Part shown: positions 12,493 through 24,719 of the stretch, piece after piece | Numbering within the stretch: the first letter of the stretch is position 1 | How the letters are laid out: each line of letters starts with the position of its first letter | From: Octopus sinensis | Taxonomy: Eukaryota | Reading direction: 5' to 3' | Length of the DNA: 64,000 nucleotides | NCBI RefSeq assembly: GCF_006345805.1 | Contig: NC_043001.1 | Coordinates: 15,624,001-15,688,000 of the forward strand | Notes under the pieces: generated by a model | Seen by the model: the letters and a program-made list of their open reading frames with translations, nothing else | Database searches by the model: none | What the model was told of the DNA's origin: nothing | Program-made: the position numbers and the translations under genes

Positions 12493-12709
12493 TATATATA
12501 TATATACACACATGCGTATTTATCTATCTATCTGTGTGTGCATGCATGCACGCATACATATGCATACACTCGTCTTTTCACACACAGATAGATATGTGAG
12601 AGAGTTTTTAAACAGGGACAGAGAGAGAGAGAGAGAGAGAGAGAAAGAAAGAGAGAGACAAACAGACAGAGAGAGCATACAATTTCACATATCAACATGT
12701 GTTCTTGCG

Positions 12710-12922
12710 AAGGCGGCGAGCTGGCAGAATCGTTAGCACGCCGGGCGAAATGCGTAGCCGTATTTCGTCTGCCGTTACGTTCTGAGTTCAAATCCAGCCG
12801 AGGTCGACTTTGCCTTTCATCCTTTCGGGGTCGATAAATTAAGCACTGGGATAGACTTAATCCCTTTGTCTGTCCTTGTTCGTCCTCTCTATGTTTAACC
12901 CCCTGTGGGCACTAAAGAAATA
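12710..12922 (+). mobile_element. SINE family B monomer
   Basis: Intact head aaggcggcgagctggcagaatcgttagcacgccgggcg... with all CpGs retained. Confidence 0.92.
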
Positions 12923-13696
12923 AATACGTGTTTCTGCGGTTCGTGTGTATACATTGAAGTCGTTCAATACAGCACAACGCGTTCACGATCGGATATCTAT
13001 CGGTAAACTATCGATAAGCCCTAGAATAGTTCCACTCCAATCTACGTGCGGAGTGGCGTGAAAACACACACTATATATATATTATATATATATATATATT
13101 ATATATATATATATAATAACTATTTATTAATTTATTTTTAATTACATATTTATCTATATAATGAATGTGCGTGTGTGTATGAAAAAAAACCTACGCCTAC
13201 ACAATCTTAAAATATGAGTGATACTGGTAAAATTATTCAAAATACGGAAGTGAGAGAAAGACAAGATTAATACAAGACACACACACACTATGGGGCCTCT
13301 ATCTGCCTGTGTATGAGTGTATGTATGCATCTGTGTGTGTGTGTGTGTGTATGCATATATGTATGTTCGTGTGTGTGTGGTGTATTGAGAGGACTATTTG
13401 ATGATTTTCAGCTGCACACCACATTTGTACCTGGATATCATCGGTCACGTGGTCGCCCGATTTGAGCGGAAACGTGACAAGTCTTGTCTCCCAAGGGAAG
13501 TCATAGAGGCTGGCTGACAATGGAGCCACTGTCTTCCATATTGCAGCCACTGTCACTAACACACACACACACACACTTCAACATATTTTCACACCATTCA
13601 TACACTCATTCACACATCGGAGTCTTTAAACAATACTCTATTTTTACTTCATACATAACATACATTTTGCGTGGGTGTTCATACACACACATACAT

Positions 13697-13960
13697 ACAC
13701 ATTACATAGGACACTCATCCATATTCATACAAGTACACATACACATTACATAGGACACTCATCCATATTCATACAAGTACACATACACATTACATAGGAC
13801 ACTCATCCATATTCATACAAGTACACATACACATTACATAGGACACTCATCCATATTCATACAAGTACACATACACATTACATAGGACACTCATCCATAT
13901 TCATACAAGTACACATACACATTACATAGGACACTCATCCATATTCATACAAGTACACAT
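13697..13960 (+). repeat. 44-bp minisatellite, six perfect copies
   Basis: Unit acacattacataggacactcatccatattcatacaagtacacat starts at 13697, 13741, 13785, 13829, 13873 and 13917. Confidence 0.97.
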
Positions 13961-14895
13961 ACACACTGCCTTGAAGAATTCTTATCGAACGAGTCGACAC
14001 CAGTGCTTACATGTTTTAGAAGCCGGGTACATATTCTGTCGGACTCTTATGCCGAACCGTGAGCATACAGGAACGTTTACACAACAACATCGGTTCTCAA
14101 GCGGTGATGGAGGACAAAAAGACAGACACAAAGACACACACACACATATATATAACAGGCTTCTTTCAGTTTCCGTCTACCAAATCCACTCACAAGGTTT
14201 TGGTTGGCCTGAGGCTATAGTAGAAGACACCTGCTCATGGTTCCACGCAGTGGGACTGAACCCGGAGCCATGTGGTTGTGAAACAAGCTTCTTACCATAC
14301 ACACATTATATATCAGACTTGGTTTTGGGGATTTGAAGATGCACCCGAGTTTTAAAACGTGGAAGTTATTAAAGTTTGAATTGAATTTCTCCATTAAAGA
14401 ATTCGAGGTTCGAGTTGATTTCTTGGAGTTTGTACAGGCGTAGGAGTGGCTGCGTGGTAAGAAGCTTGCTTACCAACCACATGGTTTCGTGTTCAGTCCC
14501 ACTGCGAGGCACCTTGGGCAAGTGTCTTCTACTATAGCCTCGGGCCAACCAAAGCCTTGTGAGTGGATTTTCTAGATACAAACTGAAAAAAGCCTGTCGT
14601 ATATCATCAGCATCATCATCGTTTAACGTCCGTTCTCCATGCTAGCATGGGTTATATATATATATGTGTATGTGTGTGTGTGTGTGTATACGTTTGTGTG
14701 TCTGTATTTGTCACCCCAACATCGCTTGACAACCGATGCTAGTGTGTTGCGTCCCCATAACTTAGCGGTTCGACAAAAAAGTGACCGATAGAATAAGTAC
14801 TAGGCTTACAAAGAATAAGTTCTGGGGGTCGATTTGCTCAACGAAAGGCGGTGCTCCAGCATGGCCGCAGTCAAATGACTGAAACCAGTAAGAGA
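13960..14895. mobile_element. Cluster of SINE A copies (- at ~13960-14300; + head 14430-14600 and body 14660-14895) interrupted by an RTE-like tail fragment
   Basis: Family A motifs in both orientations. catcatcatcgtttaacgtccgttctccatgctagcatggg at ~14600-14652 sits in the internal microsatellite. Confidence 0.8.
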
Positions 14896-15033
14896 GATGT
14901 TATTTTTTCCCGTTGGTTTTATTTGAACGGCATTTCCATTCCTTGCAAGGTATATATATATATATATATATAGATATTATATATATATATATATATTATA
15001 TAATATATATATATATATATATCTATATTATAT

Positions 15034-15203
15034 GGAGGAAAAGAGTGCATTCCCACGCAGGAAAAAAATATAGAGAAGTTGGTTTGGGGCGGATGATAAT
15101 GCACCTGAGTCTTATCAGACGTTTTAAGACTCAGGTGCGTCTTAAAGCCCCCCAAACCAACTCTCCTATTTTCTTTCCTGCATGAGAACACACTTCTCTT
15201 CAC
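15034..15203. repeat. ~170-nt fold-back (near-palindromic) element in (TA)n
   Basis: Paired arms gcacctgagtctta/taagactcaggtgc (14 bp perfect), gttggtttggggc/gcc-ccccaaaccaac and gcaggaaa/tttcctgc. Confidence 0.85.
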
Positions 15204-15575
15204 ACGTACACGATATATATATATATATATATATATATACCTGTACATAATAAGAAAGGTTGTTGTATTGGCTTAACAATATAAACTTCAGATTGTTTTG
15301 AATTTGAAAACAAACTTCACAACTCGTAATTAACGGACAAGTAATTAAGTTCTAAAAAAGTTTTACTCAATGCCAATATTAAAACAGTGTTTTTTTTATA
15401 GAAGAGAGAGAGAGACTTTGGGTTTATATCCTGTAACTCAATTACTTAACTGGATATAATGAAATGAATGTAATTGGTTTGGAAATTTTATATTTAATGA
15501 CCTTTCAGATTTATTGCGATGCAAAATTGAACTTGGCCAATAAAAACTTCGCAATATCTAACATGTTCTACTCAT

Positions 15576-15950
15576 GTTAGTTAGTTAGTTAGTTAATTTG
15601 GCTCAAAAGCAAATAGCAAGGCCATGTAGGGGGACATGGAGTTAAGTACAGGGTGGTGTTCGTGTAAAGAGTTCAGGCCCACTTGAGGTCAAGGGAGGCT
15701 TTGAACAAAGCGGTCGTCGGCATCTTCACCATCTCGTCTGGCAGCTTGTTCCACGGATCCGCAACCCGGACGGAGAAGGCTCCTCTCCTTCGATTGAGAT
15801 GAAATCGTCGCAGGTAGAGCTTTTCGGAATGACCCCGCAGCCGACGCTCTGGAGCAGGAGTGAAGAACAGCTCTTTCGGGAGGTTACACTTTCCGCTTAT
15901 GATGTTGTGGGCGAGAATGAGATCACCACGGCGGCGGCGTTTTTCAAGAG
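15576..15950 (-). mobile_element. 5'-truncated CR1-clade LINE: ORF2 C-terminus, 3' UTR and (TAAC)n tail
   Basis: RRRRGDLILAHNII...LRGHSEKL...RRGAFSVRVADPWNKLPDEMV...FKASLD matches the CR1 ORF2 C-terminal pattern. gttagttagttagttagtt tail at 15576-15594. Confidence 0.9.
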
Positions 15951-16042
15951 AATGTGAATGAGTGCGTGTGGAAACGAGAAATATGCGTGGTAGAGTTTTA
16001 ATAATAATAATAATAAGAAGAAGAAGAACAACAACAACAACA

Positions 16043-16225
16043 ATCTTCTCTACTCTAGACACAAGGCCTGAAATTTGGGGGAGGGGACCAGTTGATTAGA
16101 TCGACCCCAGTACGCAACTGGTACTTAATTTATCGACCCCGAAAGGATTAAAGGCAAAGTCGACCTTGGCGGAATTCGAACTCAGAACGTAAAGACATGC
16201 GAAACACCGCTAAGCATTTCGCCCC
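16043..16225 (-). mobile_element. SINE family B variant with alternative tail (aatttcaggccttgtgtctagagtag)
   Basis: Same central domain as B with a different 3' end. Also at ~50225-50435 and 62889-63073. Confidence 0.8.
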
Positions 16226-17139
16226 GCTTAGTATTTTTGTATAAACTCCTCGTATCAAGTTACTATTATTCTTTAAGAATAGTGTTGGCAGTATCTTCAG
16301 AAGGAGGCCGAAACTTCGAGGTCATTGTCTTGATAAACATTAATAATAAATATGTACTTCAGAAAAAGTATTGAGCAATCCTTAAGTTTAATGTAAAATT
16401 GTCATTAACATAACGCGATATGAACACACACACACACTGATTGCCAGTAAATCAATAACATGATTTTGTCAGAATCCAGGTATTTGGACACAACGAGCTA
16501 GTTTTGAGATAGAGAAATTTCCATATTTGGCCTGCCAATCTACATTAGCTTTGTCGTTTGGTCTATTATCGGCGTGGATTGTTTTATGATACGATATTTC
16601 TCAGCTAAACATAAACTGCGCTGTTTTGAACAATTACTGTGGATGCTCTGTACTTTCAAAGCTGGTCAATGTCGGAGACACGTCTTTCTTTAAGCCAAAT
16701 GTATTTTTTAAGAGCGACTTTGTCTTGTTTGCGAAGGTATCTGAAAAAGCTCATGTACTGGTAGCTCTAGATACACATGATATAGTTTTATATATATATA
16801 TGCACTGGTTATTTAAGAAACGTAATGTTTGGACAATTGTATTTTTATTTCGTTTATTGTCTTGAAAGATGCTGTGCTTTGTAGAATGTCTAACTTTTGT
16901 TTTGTTATTTCTAACTACTTCTTTCTTTGTGAGTGTTGTGCGCGCGTATGCACGCACGTTTCAAATAGCAACTTCTGATGACGTGATGGTGACCAAGCAT
17001 AGCATAAGGAAATCGTTACGTAATATCCCTCGCGATGATCACTGAAACACGTGTAGAAGATACTATAGTTAATTTTATAATATACACTATTGATTATACA
17101 TACATATGCTCAATCTATCTATCTATCTATATATATATA

Positions 17140-17335
17140 GTTAATCCAAACATGAAAACACAAAGAGAAAACACAACAACGCGAGGACGTGGAACAAAAA
17201 TAGTATTATTGGACGCTCAGGAAGGAAGGGAAGAAGGAGGGTTTAACGTTTCGTCAGAAACATAGGAAAAGGAAAGATCCGAGGAAGGGAAGACGGAGGA
17301 AAAAAAATCGCCAACGGTACACACGCGGTCACATT

Positions 17336-17340
<5 letters not shown>
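17140..17340 (-). mobile_element. Penelope-like terminal relic with hammerhead stem II deleted
   Basis: - strand reads tttCTGACGAAACGTTAaacc, so the two core halves are fused, consistent with deletion between repeated CGAA. Flanked by (TA)n. Confidence 0.5.
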
Positions 17341-17379
<39 letters not shown>

Positions 17380-18084
17380 CTGACATCGAGAAGATTTGAA
17401 CTCAAAAACCAAAGCGCAGTAACTAAAATACTGAAATATCAAATCTATATCCAATTGTCGAACATTGGCTGATCCGGGAAAGAAACGTAGGATAATTTTA
17501 AATCAGCATACGCAGTTTGAAAAAAAGGAAGAGTGGTCATAATTGGAACTACTTTCATAAAAAAAAAAGGGGTGTTCGTTCATCAGACCTGAACATGGAG
17601 TTGAGGATAAACTAGTTCTTTACCAAAATGCTTGCTCTCTCCCGTTAGATCACGGATCTAAAATTTCGTTTCGTAAAATCTGCGATTTTGTTTGAATAAG
17701 GATGTGAAGAAGACAAGAGTGAATGCGTGTGAGATGTGTGTACGTATGTATGTGTAAACCAGTAAATATTGTCTGTGTGTGTGTGTGTGTATGTGTGTAT
17801 AAGTACTTGTAAGCAGTAAGTGACCAATTAGTGACGCCACCAGAACACGCTAAGAAACTAGTAAGCACAGTTTCTCCTTTCTTTTTTCTCTTTTTTTTTT
17901 CAAGGTACCAAACGAAGCAGTTAGTGTAAAAGTATTTTTTTTTTCTTCATCATTTCACTTCGCGATTAAAGGTTATTCATGTCAAGATGTTCTCTCTCTC
18001 TCTCTCCCTCCACCCCTCTCACACACACATCCAAGAAAAACGCCAACACACACTACACTTCTATCCTTCTACGCGCCCAAACAT

Positions 18085-18520
18085 CATACATACATACAAA
18101 TATATATATACATACATATATATCTACATATATATATATATATACATACATACATATATATCTACATATATATATATACATACATCTACATATATATCTA
18201 CATATATATATATACATACATCTACATATATATCTACATATATATATACATACATCTACATATATATCTACATATATATATACATACATCTACATATATA
18301 TATATATATATATACATAATCTACATATATATATAATATATATACATACATCTACATAATATATATATATTACATACTATACATAATATATATATATAAT
18401 ATATATATATATATCTACATACATATACATATATATCTACATACATTAAATATATATCTACATACATATACATAATCTACATACATATACATATATCTAC
18501 ACACACACATACACATATAT
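18085..18520. repeat. Compound microsatellite (catacatctacatatatata-type units)
   Basis: Direct inspection. Confidence 0.95.
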
Positions 18521-18977
18521 ATGTGAGTGTGCGTGTGTATATATATACACACACATCTACACACGTATACAAACTCTTACTTTCTCTCTCGGGCTCCATA
18601 CATCCATAAAAAACACTATCATACAGAGATAGACATAATCCATCAACACACACACAATTCTCCATCTCAGTATGACTCACACATCCAAGCACCACACGCA
18701 TACATACACACACACTCAAATTTATCTACTCACCACACTCACTCACACACCCACACTAACAAAACACCTATGCGCATACACACACGCGCGCACGCTTTCT
18801 TCCTCTCTCTCTCTCGCTGTTTTTTAATGAGTCGTCGTTAAATGGATCAGTGTGCCGTGTGCTGCACGTGTGGAGACATTAGTTTCCAAGAACGGGCACC
18901 GACGGTGATGGCGGTGGCGAAGACGGTGGTGGGGTAGGTGGGGTAGAAGGGAGAGGCTGGACGAAACACTGGATGAA

Positions 18978-19037
<60 letters not shown>

Positions 19038-19039
19038 CA

Positions 19040-19745
19040 CATTCTGTTATTCTTTTACTTGTTTCAGTCATTCGACTGCGACCATGCTGGGGCACCGCCT
19101 TAAATCTTTTACTTGTTTCAGTCATGTTGACTGCGGCCATGCTGGAGCACCGCCCTTTAAGTCGAGCAAATCGACCCCCAGGACTTATTCTTTGTAAGCC
19201 TAGTACCCTTATTCTATCGATCTCTTTCGCCGAACCGCTAAGTTACGGGGACGTAATACATACATATATATATATATATATAATATACGACGGGCTTCTT
19301 TCAGTTTCCGTCTACCAAATTCACTCACAAGGCTTTGGTCGGCCCGGGGTTATAGTAGAAGACACTTGCGCAAGGTGCCACGCAGTGGGACTGAACCTGG
19401 AACCATGTGGTTGGTAAGCAAGATACTTACCACATGGCCACTCCTGCATACATACCGCCTTGTAGAATTTTAGTCGACTCCAGTACTGATCTTAGTTTAT
19501 ATTTAAGCCTGAGTTTTTGCCGAACCAATAACTTACGAGGACGTAAACACACCAACACCGGTTGTCAAGCAGTGGGTGGAGAACAAACACAGACGCACAC
19601 ACGGGCTTCTTTCAGTTTCTTTCAAGGTTTTGGTCGGCCCGAGGCTATAGTTGAAGACATTTTGCCCAAGGTGCCACGCAGTGGGACTGAACCCGGAACC
19701 ATGTGGTTGGGAAGCAAGCCTCTCACCACATAACCTTGCCTGCGC
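19040..19745 (-). mobile_element. Two tandem SINE A copies, the first with a duplicated tail
   Basis: cttttacttgtttcagtca tail occurs twice at ~19050 and ~19108. Heads end at ~19450 and ~19745. Confidence 0.85.
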
Positions 19746-20439
19746 CTATACTTAGTGTAAAACAGAGACTGCTATACACATAAATGCCGAGAGGGGAACA
19801 GCACCGGCAATAATAATAATAAAATCTAAAGGCCATTAATTTTGAGGGAAGGGCGAGTCGGGTACATCGACGTTACTGTTCAACTGGTACTTTCTACCCA
19901 AGAAAATCAGTCATCTGGAATCTTCTCTTTGCTCATGTTTTTCGTGCAGGTGTTGATCAATTTAAGGCAATCCTTCGGAGATGGTATATGAAAACTGAAA
20001 ACTATTTGTTCGGCAATTTCTGTCAATTTTTACAAATTTATTTCTTTAATTGTCACTCCCAGCTGAATCGCTGTTTATGTATTTTTTGCGTACGTATGTG
20101 CTTATACGCATGTATGTATATTTGTGCATTAATACATACATATACTTACACAAATACACACAAATATATATATTTAAATTTATGTAAATAAGTATAAGAT
20201 CGTTATTTAAATATCGAACTTATCAAGTGGCCAGCATGGGAATAAAAACCTTCAAAGGTAATAATTATTATCAAAATTATAATTTAGGGTATCTAAGAGA
20301 TACCACCACGCTTGAAATAGCTGCCAAAATTTGACTCTAAAACGGTTTCCGAAGAATAGGTTAATTTAAACACGGTTCCAAAACTCACCCACATCTGAGG
20401 GCCTGCATGGGCTCTAGGCTCTACTAACCCTTTCTCCAG

Positions 20440-20448
20440 ATTCGGCAA
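20440..20448 (+). CDS. Candidate 9-nt microexon of an unidentified gene (ATTCGGCAA)
   Basis: Perfect branch point TACTAAC (20422-20428), pyrimidine tract, CAG acceptor and CAA|GTAAGA donor; frame-preserving. No transcript evidence. Confidence 0.4.
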
Positions 20449-21323
20449 GTAAGAAATAGAATCGTTTAGGGAATCGATGAAATAAAGTACCAGTGAAATA
20501 ATATCGACCAATCCTTTCCTTAAAAAAAAAAAAAATGCAGGCCCTTTTTTAGCGCGTCGCACAAAAAGCCTAGTGGCATTTCTTCGGGTTTTTTTTTTTC
20601 TTTTCATATTCTAAGTTCAAATCCCGCCAAGGACAACCCTCTCTCTTTGCTTTTCAACCTTTTGCAGACGATAAAAGAAAAACGCCAATCAAAAGACCAA
20701 TACCATCCCCAAATTGCTGGCCGCGTATCAAAATCTGCAACAAAGCCAGCTGTGCTTCTTTAAGGACCGACCATATGGATGTGAATTTAAGGTCGCATTA
20801 CTGCGATATAACCCCGCTCCTTTTTCCCCCTCCTCCACCACTGAACAAGGGACAGAACTCTGGTGGTTATCTGGTTTGTCTGGCAAGTTGGATGCCATAA
20901 ACCAGGCTCCACTCCCCGTTTCACGCTTGGCAGATTACAAGTCAGAAAAGCATCCAGCTGTAAAAACAGTTGCTTCAAACATGCTAACATATTAAAAAAA
21001 ATGCTATATGTCGACACCACACATTATCTCTTTCTTCTGGCTGTTTTAATCGACGGACAGTGGCCATACTGTAGCACTCCAGTATTTATCTTTTTAATTA
21101 AAGTAAGCCTTTTGTCGAAACACCCGTTGCATACAACACGCATATCCTATATATCGACAGGCGTATGATACGGAAAGTAAAACTTTACAAGGTCACAGCT
21201 GTTTCAATATATATATATATATATATATATATAGATATATATATATATATATATATATAGTTCGATCTCTACAAGTCTGGTTTTTATTCTATCGGTCGCT
21301 TTTGCCGAACCGCTAATTATACA

Positions 21324-21372
21324 TTCTCATGCCGGGAATCGAACCCAGGCCGCTAGGATGAAAACCAAGAAT
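21324..21372 (-). pseudogene. tRNA-Glu(TTC) fragment (anticodon arm to discriminator)
   Basis: CTTGG-TTTTCAT-CCTAG-CGGC-CTGGG-TTCGATT-CCCGG-CATGAGA-A. The D-arm and 5' acceptor strand are absent. Confidence 0.75.
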
Positions 21373-21384
21373 TCTATAATGTAC

Positions 21385-21775
21385 TCTTTTACTTGTTTCA
21401 GTCATTTGACTGTGGCCATGCTGGAGCACTGCCTTTAGTCGAGTAAATCGACCCCCAGGACTTATTCTTTGTAAGCCTAGTACTTATTATATCGGTCCTT
21501 TTTGCCGAACCGCTAAGTTACGGGGACGTAAACACACCAGCATCGGTTGTCAAGCGATTTTGGGGGGGACAAACACAGACATAAACATATACACATACAT
21601 TCATATATATGACGGGCTTCTTTCAATTTCCGTAAACCAAATCTATTCAAAAGGCTTTGGTCGGCCCGAGGCTATAGTAGAAGACACTTGCCCAAGGTGC
21701 CACGCAGTGGAACTGAACCTAGAACCATGTGGTTCGTAAGCAAGCTACTTACCACACAGCCATTCCTACGCCTGT
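21385..21775 (-). mobile_element. SINE family A, full length
   Basis: Complete reverse-complement copy. Confidence 0.9.
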
Positions 21776-21994
21776 ATGTATGTAGGTATGCATATCAACG
21801 TGGTTGTTTGCCAAAGTTCACATCGCAACCACATTAGTTCAATTCTCGACCCCGCCGTTCAACTACAGCTTTCGAGATTTCACTAGCAAGTCTTTTGACG
21901 AAAAGACCCGTTGCACACAAGACATATCTCTAGGAAATGGTTCAGAAAGCAAAACCTAACAAGGTCACAGCTGTTTCAACATATATATAATTCG

Positions 21995-22165
21995 AAATTA
22001 GGACTGAGAACCCAGGTTCGAAATTTCCCCAAGATACCTGAAGAAGGCTGGAGGGTACATCAGCCGAAATGTTATGTTAACAATAAACAAGATGAGGACA
22101 AATATTCGTCGAATGTAAATAATGTACATAATTCCTCAGCTCTTAAATATGGAACTGTATAATTC
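21995..22165 (+). mobile_element. Penelope-like terminal relic with near-intact minimal hammerhead
   Basis: CTGAAGA-A-GGCTG(gagggtacat)CAGCC-GAAAT-GTT at 22038-22073. Perfect 5-bp stem II; C15.2>T and a weak stem I. Confidence 0.6.
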
Positions 22166-24223
22166 GAACTCCCCATGATATCTAGGAAAGGACACTAGAC
22201 ATCGTTAAAAAGATAAAATTATCTATCGAGTTTAAAAAAAAAAAGCCATAAAAATGTGGGGTTTCGTCAGTTTCGACGAACAGGGTTCCCGTGCAAGTGG
22301 CTGAGCACTCCACAGACACGTGTAACCATAACGTAGTTCTCAAGGAGACTCAGCGTGACAAGGCTGGCCCCTTTGAAATACAGGTACAACAGAAACAGGA
22401 AGAATGAGTGAAAAGTTGTGGTGAAACTGACGGAAATTGCCACCCCACCTCTGCCGAAGACTCGTGGAGCTTTTAGGTGTTTTCACTCAATAAACCCCCA
22501 CAACGTGTGTTGTACACATGAGAATTCATACCATTATTCAAATAATTTTTTAAAAAATTTAACCCCAATCCCATAAATCCAAAAATTTCAGAAATTTTTT
22601 TTTCCCCTATAGTTTTTAAAATACGGAATGTCCGATCATACTTTTTCCCCCCGAAGCAAAAAAAAAAAAATTTCCGTGAAATGAATGGAAATAGATTTTC
22701 GAAAGAAAAATATTACGTTAAATAAAATTAAAACCGTTTGGATATAATTCTCGGAGAGATTCAATATAAAACAGCCCACCCTAATAAGCTACCCGCCTTC
22801 AATCGAAATGTTAGGGTCCTCTCAAACATATGGTTAAAATGATGAATTTAAGACTAGGTGTCTCTCGAAGTCCCTTCATATAAGGAAGGAGAATGGTACA
22901 GAAGTTGATGAATGTAAAAATTAAGAACAGAGAAATAAAAAGTGAAAGTTTTTGAAAGAAATCTTTTCTTTTTTTCAGAATCGAAATATAAAATGAGGTA
23001 AAAATATTAACCCTTTTCCCTAGCCTGCGAGGTATGGGAGAGACGGTACTACTAGCGAACAGTGGTCCAGGTGCGCGCACTCGCGCTAGCTAGTCGATCC
23101 TACAACGACTACGTAGCAAAGTAAATAAAACACAAAATAAATAATTTTTTTACACAAAGTAAATAAAATACAAAAACACAAAGTCATGACTTCGAGTTAC
23201 ATAGTTATTCGAAAAATATCGCAGAAGGAAAAATTGTCTCTGTTCCTGTACATGGAATCGAACCCAAGATTATATATATATGCTAGCTAAGCAAATTAAC
23301 TTTTTAAATCTTTCAGCCATGCATAGACACACACTAAGCTACACATCCTGAGCTGTCTGTATGGAAAAAAAAAAAAAGATTTCTACACAAAATAAGCGGA
23401 ACAAGAAACCAGGAAATCGATCAGCCTGTTAGAAATAGATAATTATCCATCTAACCACATATATACACGTGTTGAAACGGAATAATAATCGTCGCAGCTG
23501 TAAACACTTTACATCCAGCCATAGTTGTGTGTCTGTACAACAAGGATTGAGCTGACTGTGTAAACAACATCAGGGAATATATATAAATATATATATCTTT
23601 TAATTGTTTCAGTCGGTGGACTGCGGCCATGTTGGGGCAGCCTTGAATAGTTTTTTTTTTTTTACGCGAACAAATTGACCCCCAGGACTTTGTTTAAAGC
23701 CTGCTACTTATTCTGTCTCTTTTTACCGAACAGCAAAATAACGGGGGACGTAAACAAACTAGCACCAGTTGTGAGAGACGAACATGTATACACAGAGACA
23801 GGCTTCTTTCAGTTTCCGTAACCAAAACCACTCGCTAAGTTTTTTGGTCGATTCGGGGCTAGTAGAAGCCTCCTGCCCGAAGGTCTGAGTGGGACAGATG
23901 AAAGATGCCGAGGAAGGCTTCTAATACTTTGTAACTGTTACAAAATCACACTAAGAAATGAGACAACGGGAGAGCCTTATGTGGATACACATGCTAGAAA
24001 TAGCAGTCACATATATCAGCTAACAAAAACACGGAAGGATACATTAGAATAATACAGTTCTTTTTCTTCACGCATACACATCCGCTAACAAGACAGAATG
24101 GTTGCGGTTATAAGATTTAATTAATCACGGACCAACGCAGATGAAGGCATTGGACCCGGCGCTGAAGAAGTGAGATGTGGGGGCACACGCATGTGTAGTT
24201 AAGAAATGGAAAACAAAATAATC

Positions 24224-24267
<44 letters not shown>

Positions 24268-24674
24268 TTTTAGCATGGCCGCAGTCCAGCAGTTCGCCAG
24301 GGAGTGACCACTGGTTTCGTAAAAATAAAGTTCTCAGCAATATAGGTCATTTTATCAGATTCGTTAACCAGAAGAAATACATAAACATCGGAACACTGCT
24401 GACCGCTAATAACCAACAGCTATATTAATTAATATATATATATATATAAATTAACTAAGGCAGCAGCTACATATATGCGTGTGTGTTTGTGTGTATAAAT
24501 ATACATACATCTATACACACACACATATATATATATGTTTGATTTGAAACCCCCACTAGAATGGGAGAACGCGCTGATACATGATCTAAGTTATATGATA
24601 TATAAAAAAAAAATATACAAATAAATATCTGTAAATATAAACCATCCGATTTTCTGAGTACCTCATTTCTTCTA

Positions 24675-24719
<45 letters not shown>

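Noticed and set aside
13410-13520. GC-balanced island with protein-like frames on both strands, including a WD40-like WISSVTWSPD
   Set aside because: Several frames are equally open, the donors are weak, and the WD40-like frame stops after a few residues.
13697-13960. Direct repeat array as a possible CRISPR
   Set aside because: Units are contiguous with no unique spacers, there are no cas genes, and the context is eukaryotic.
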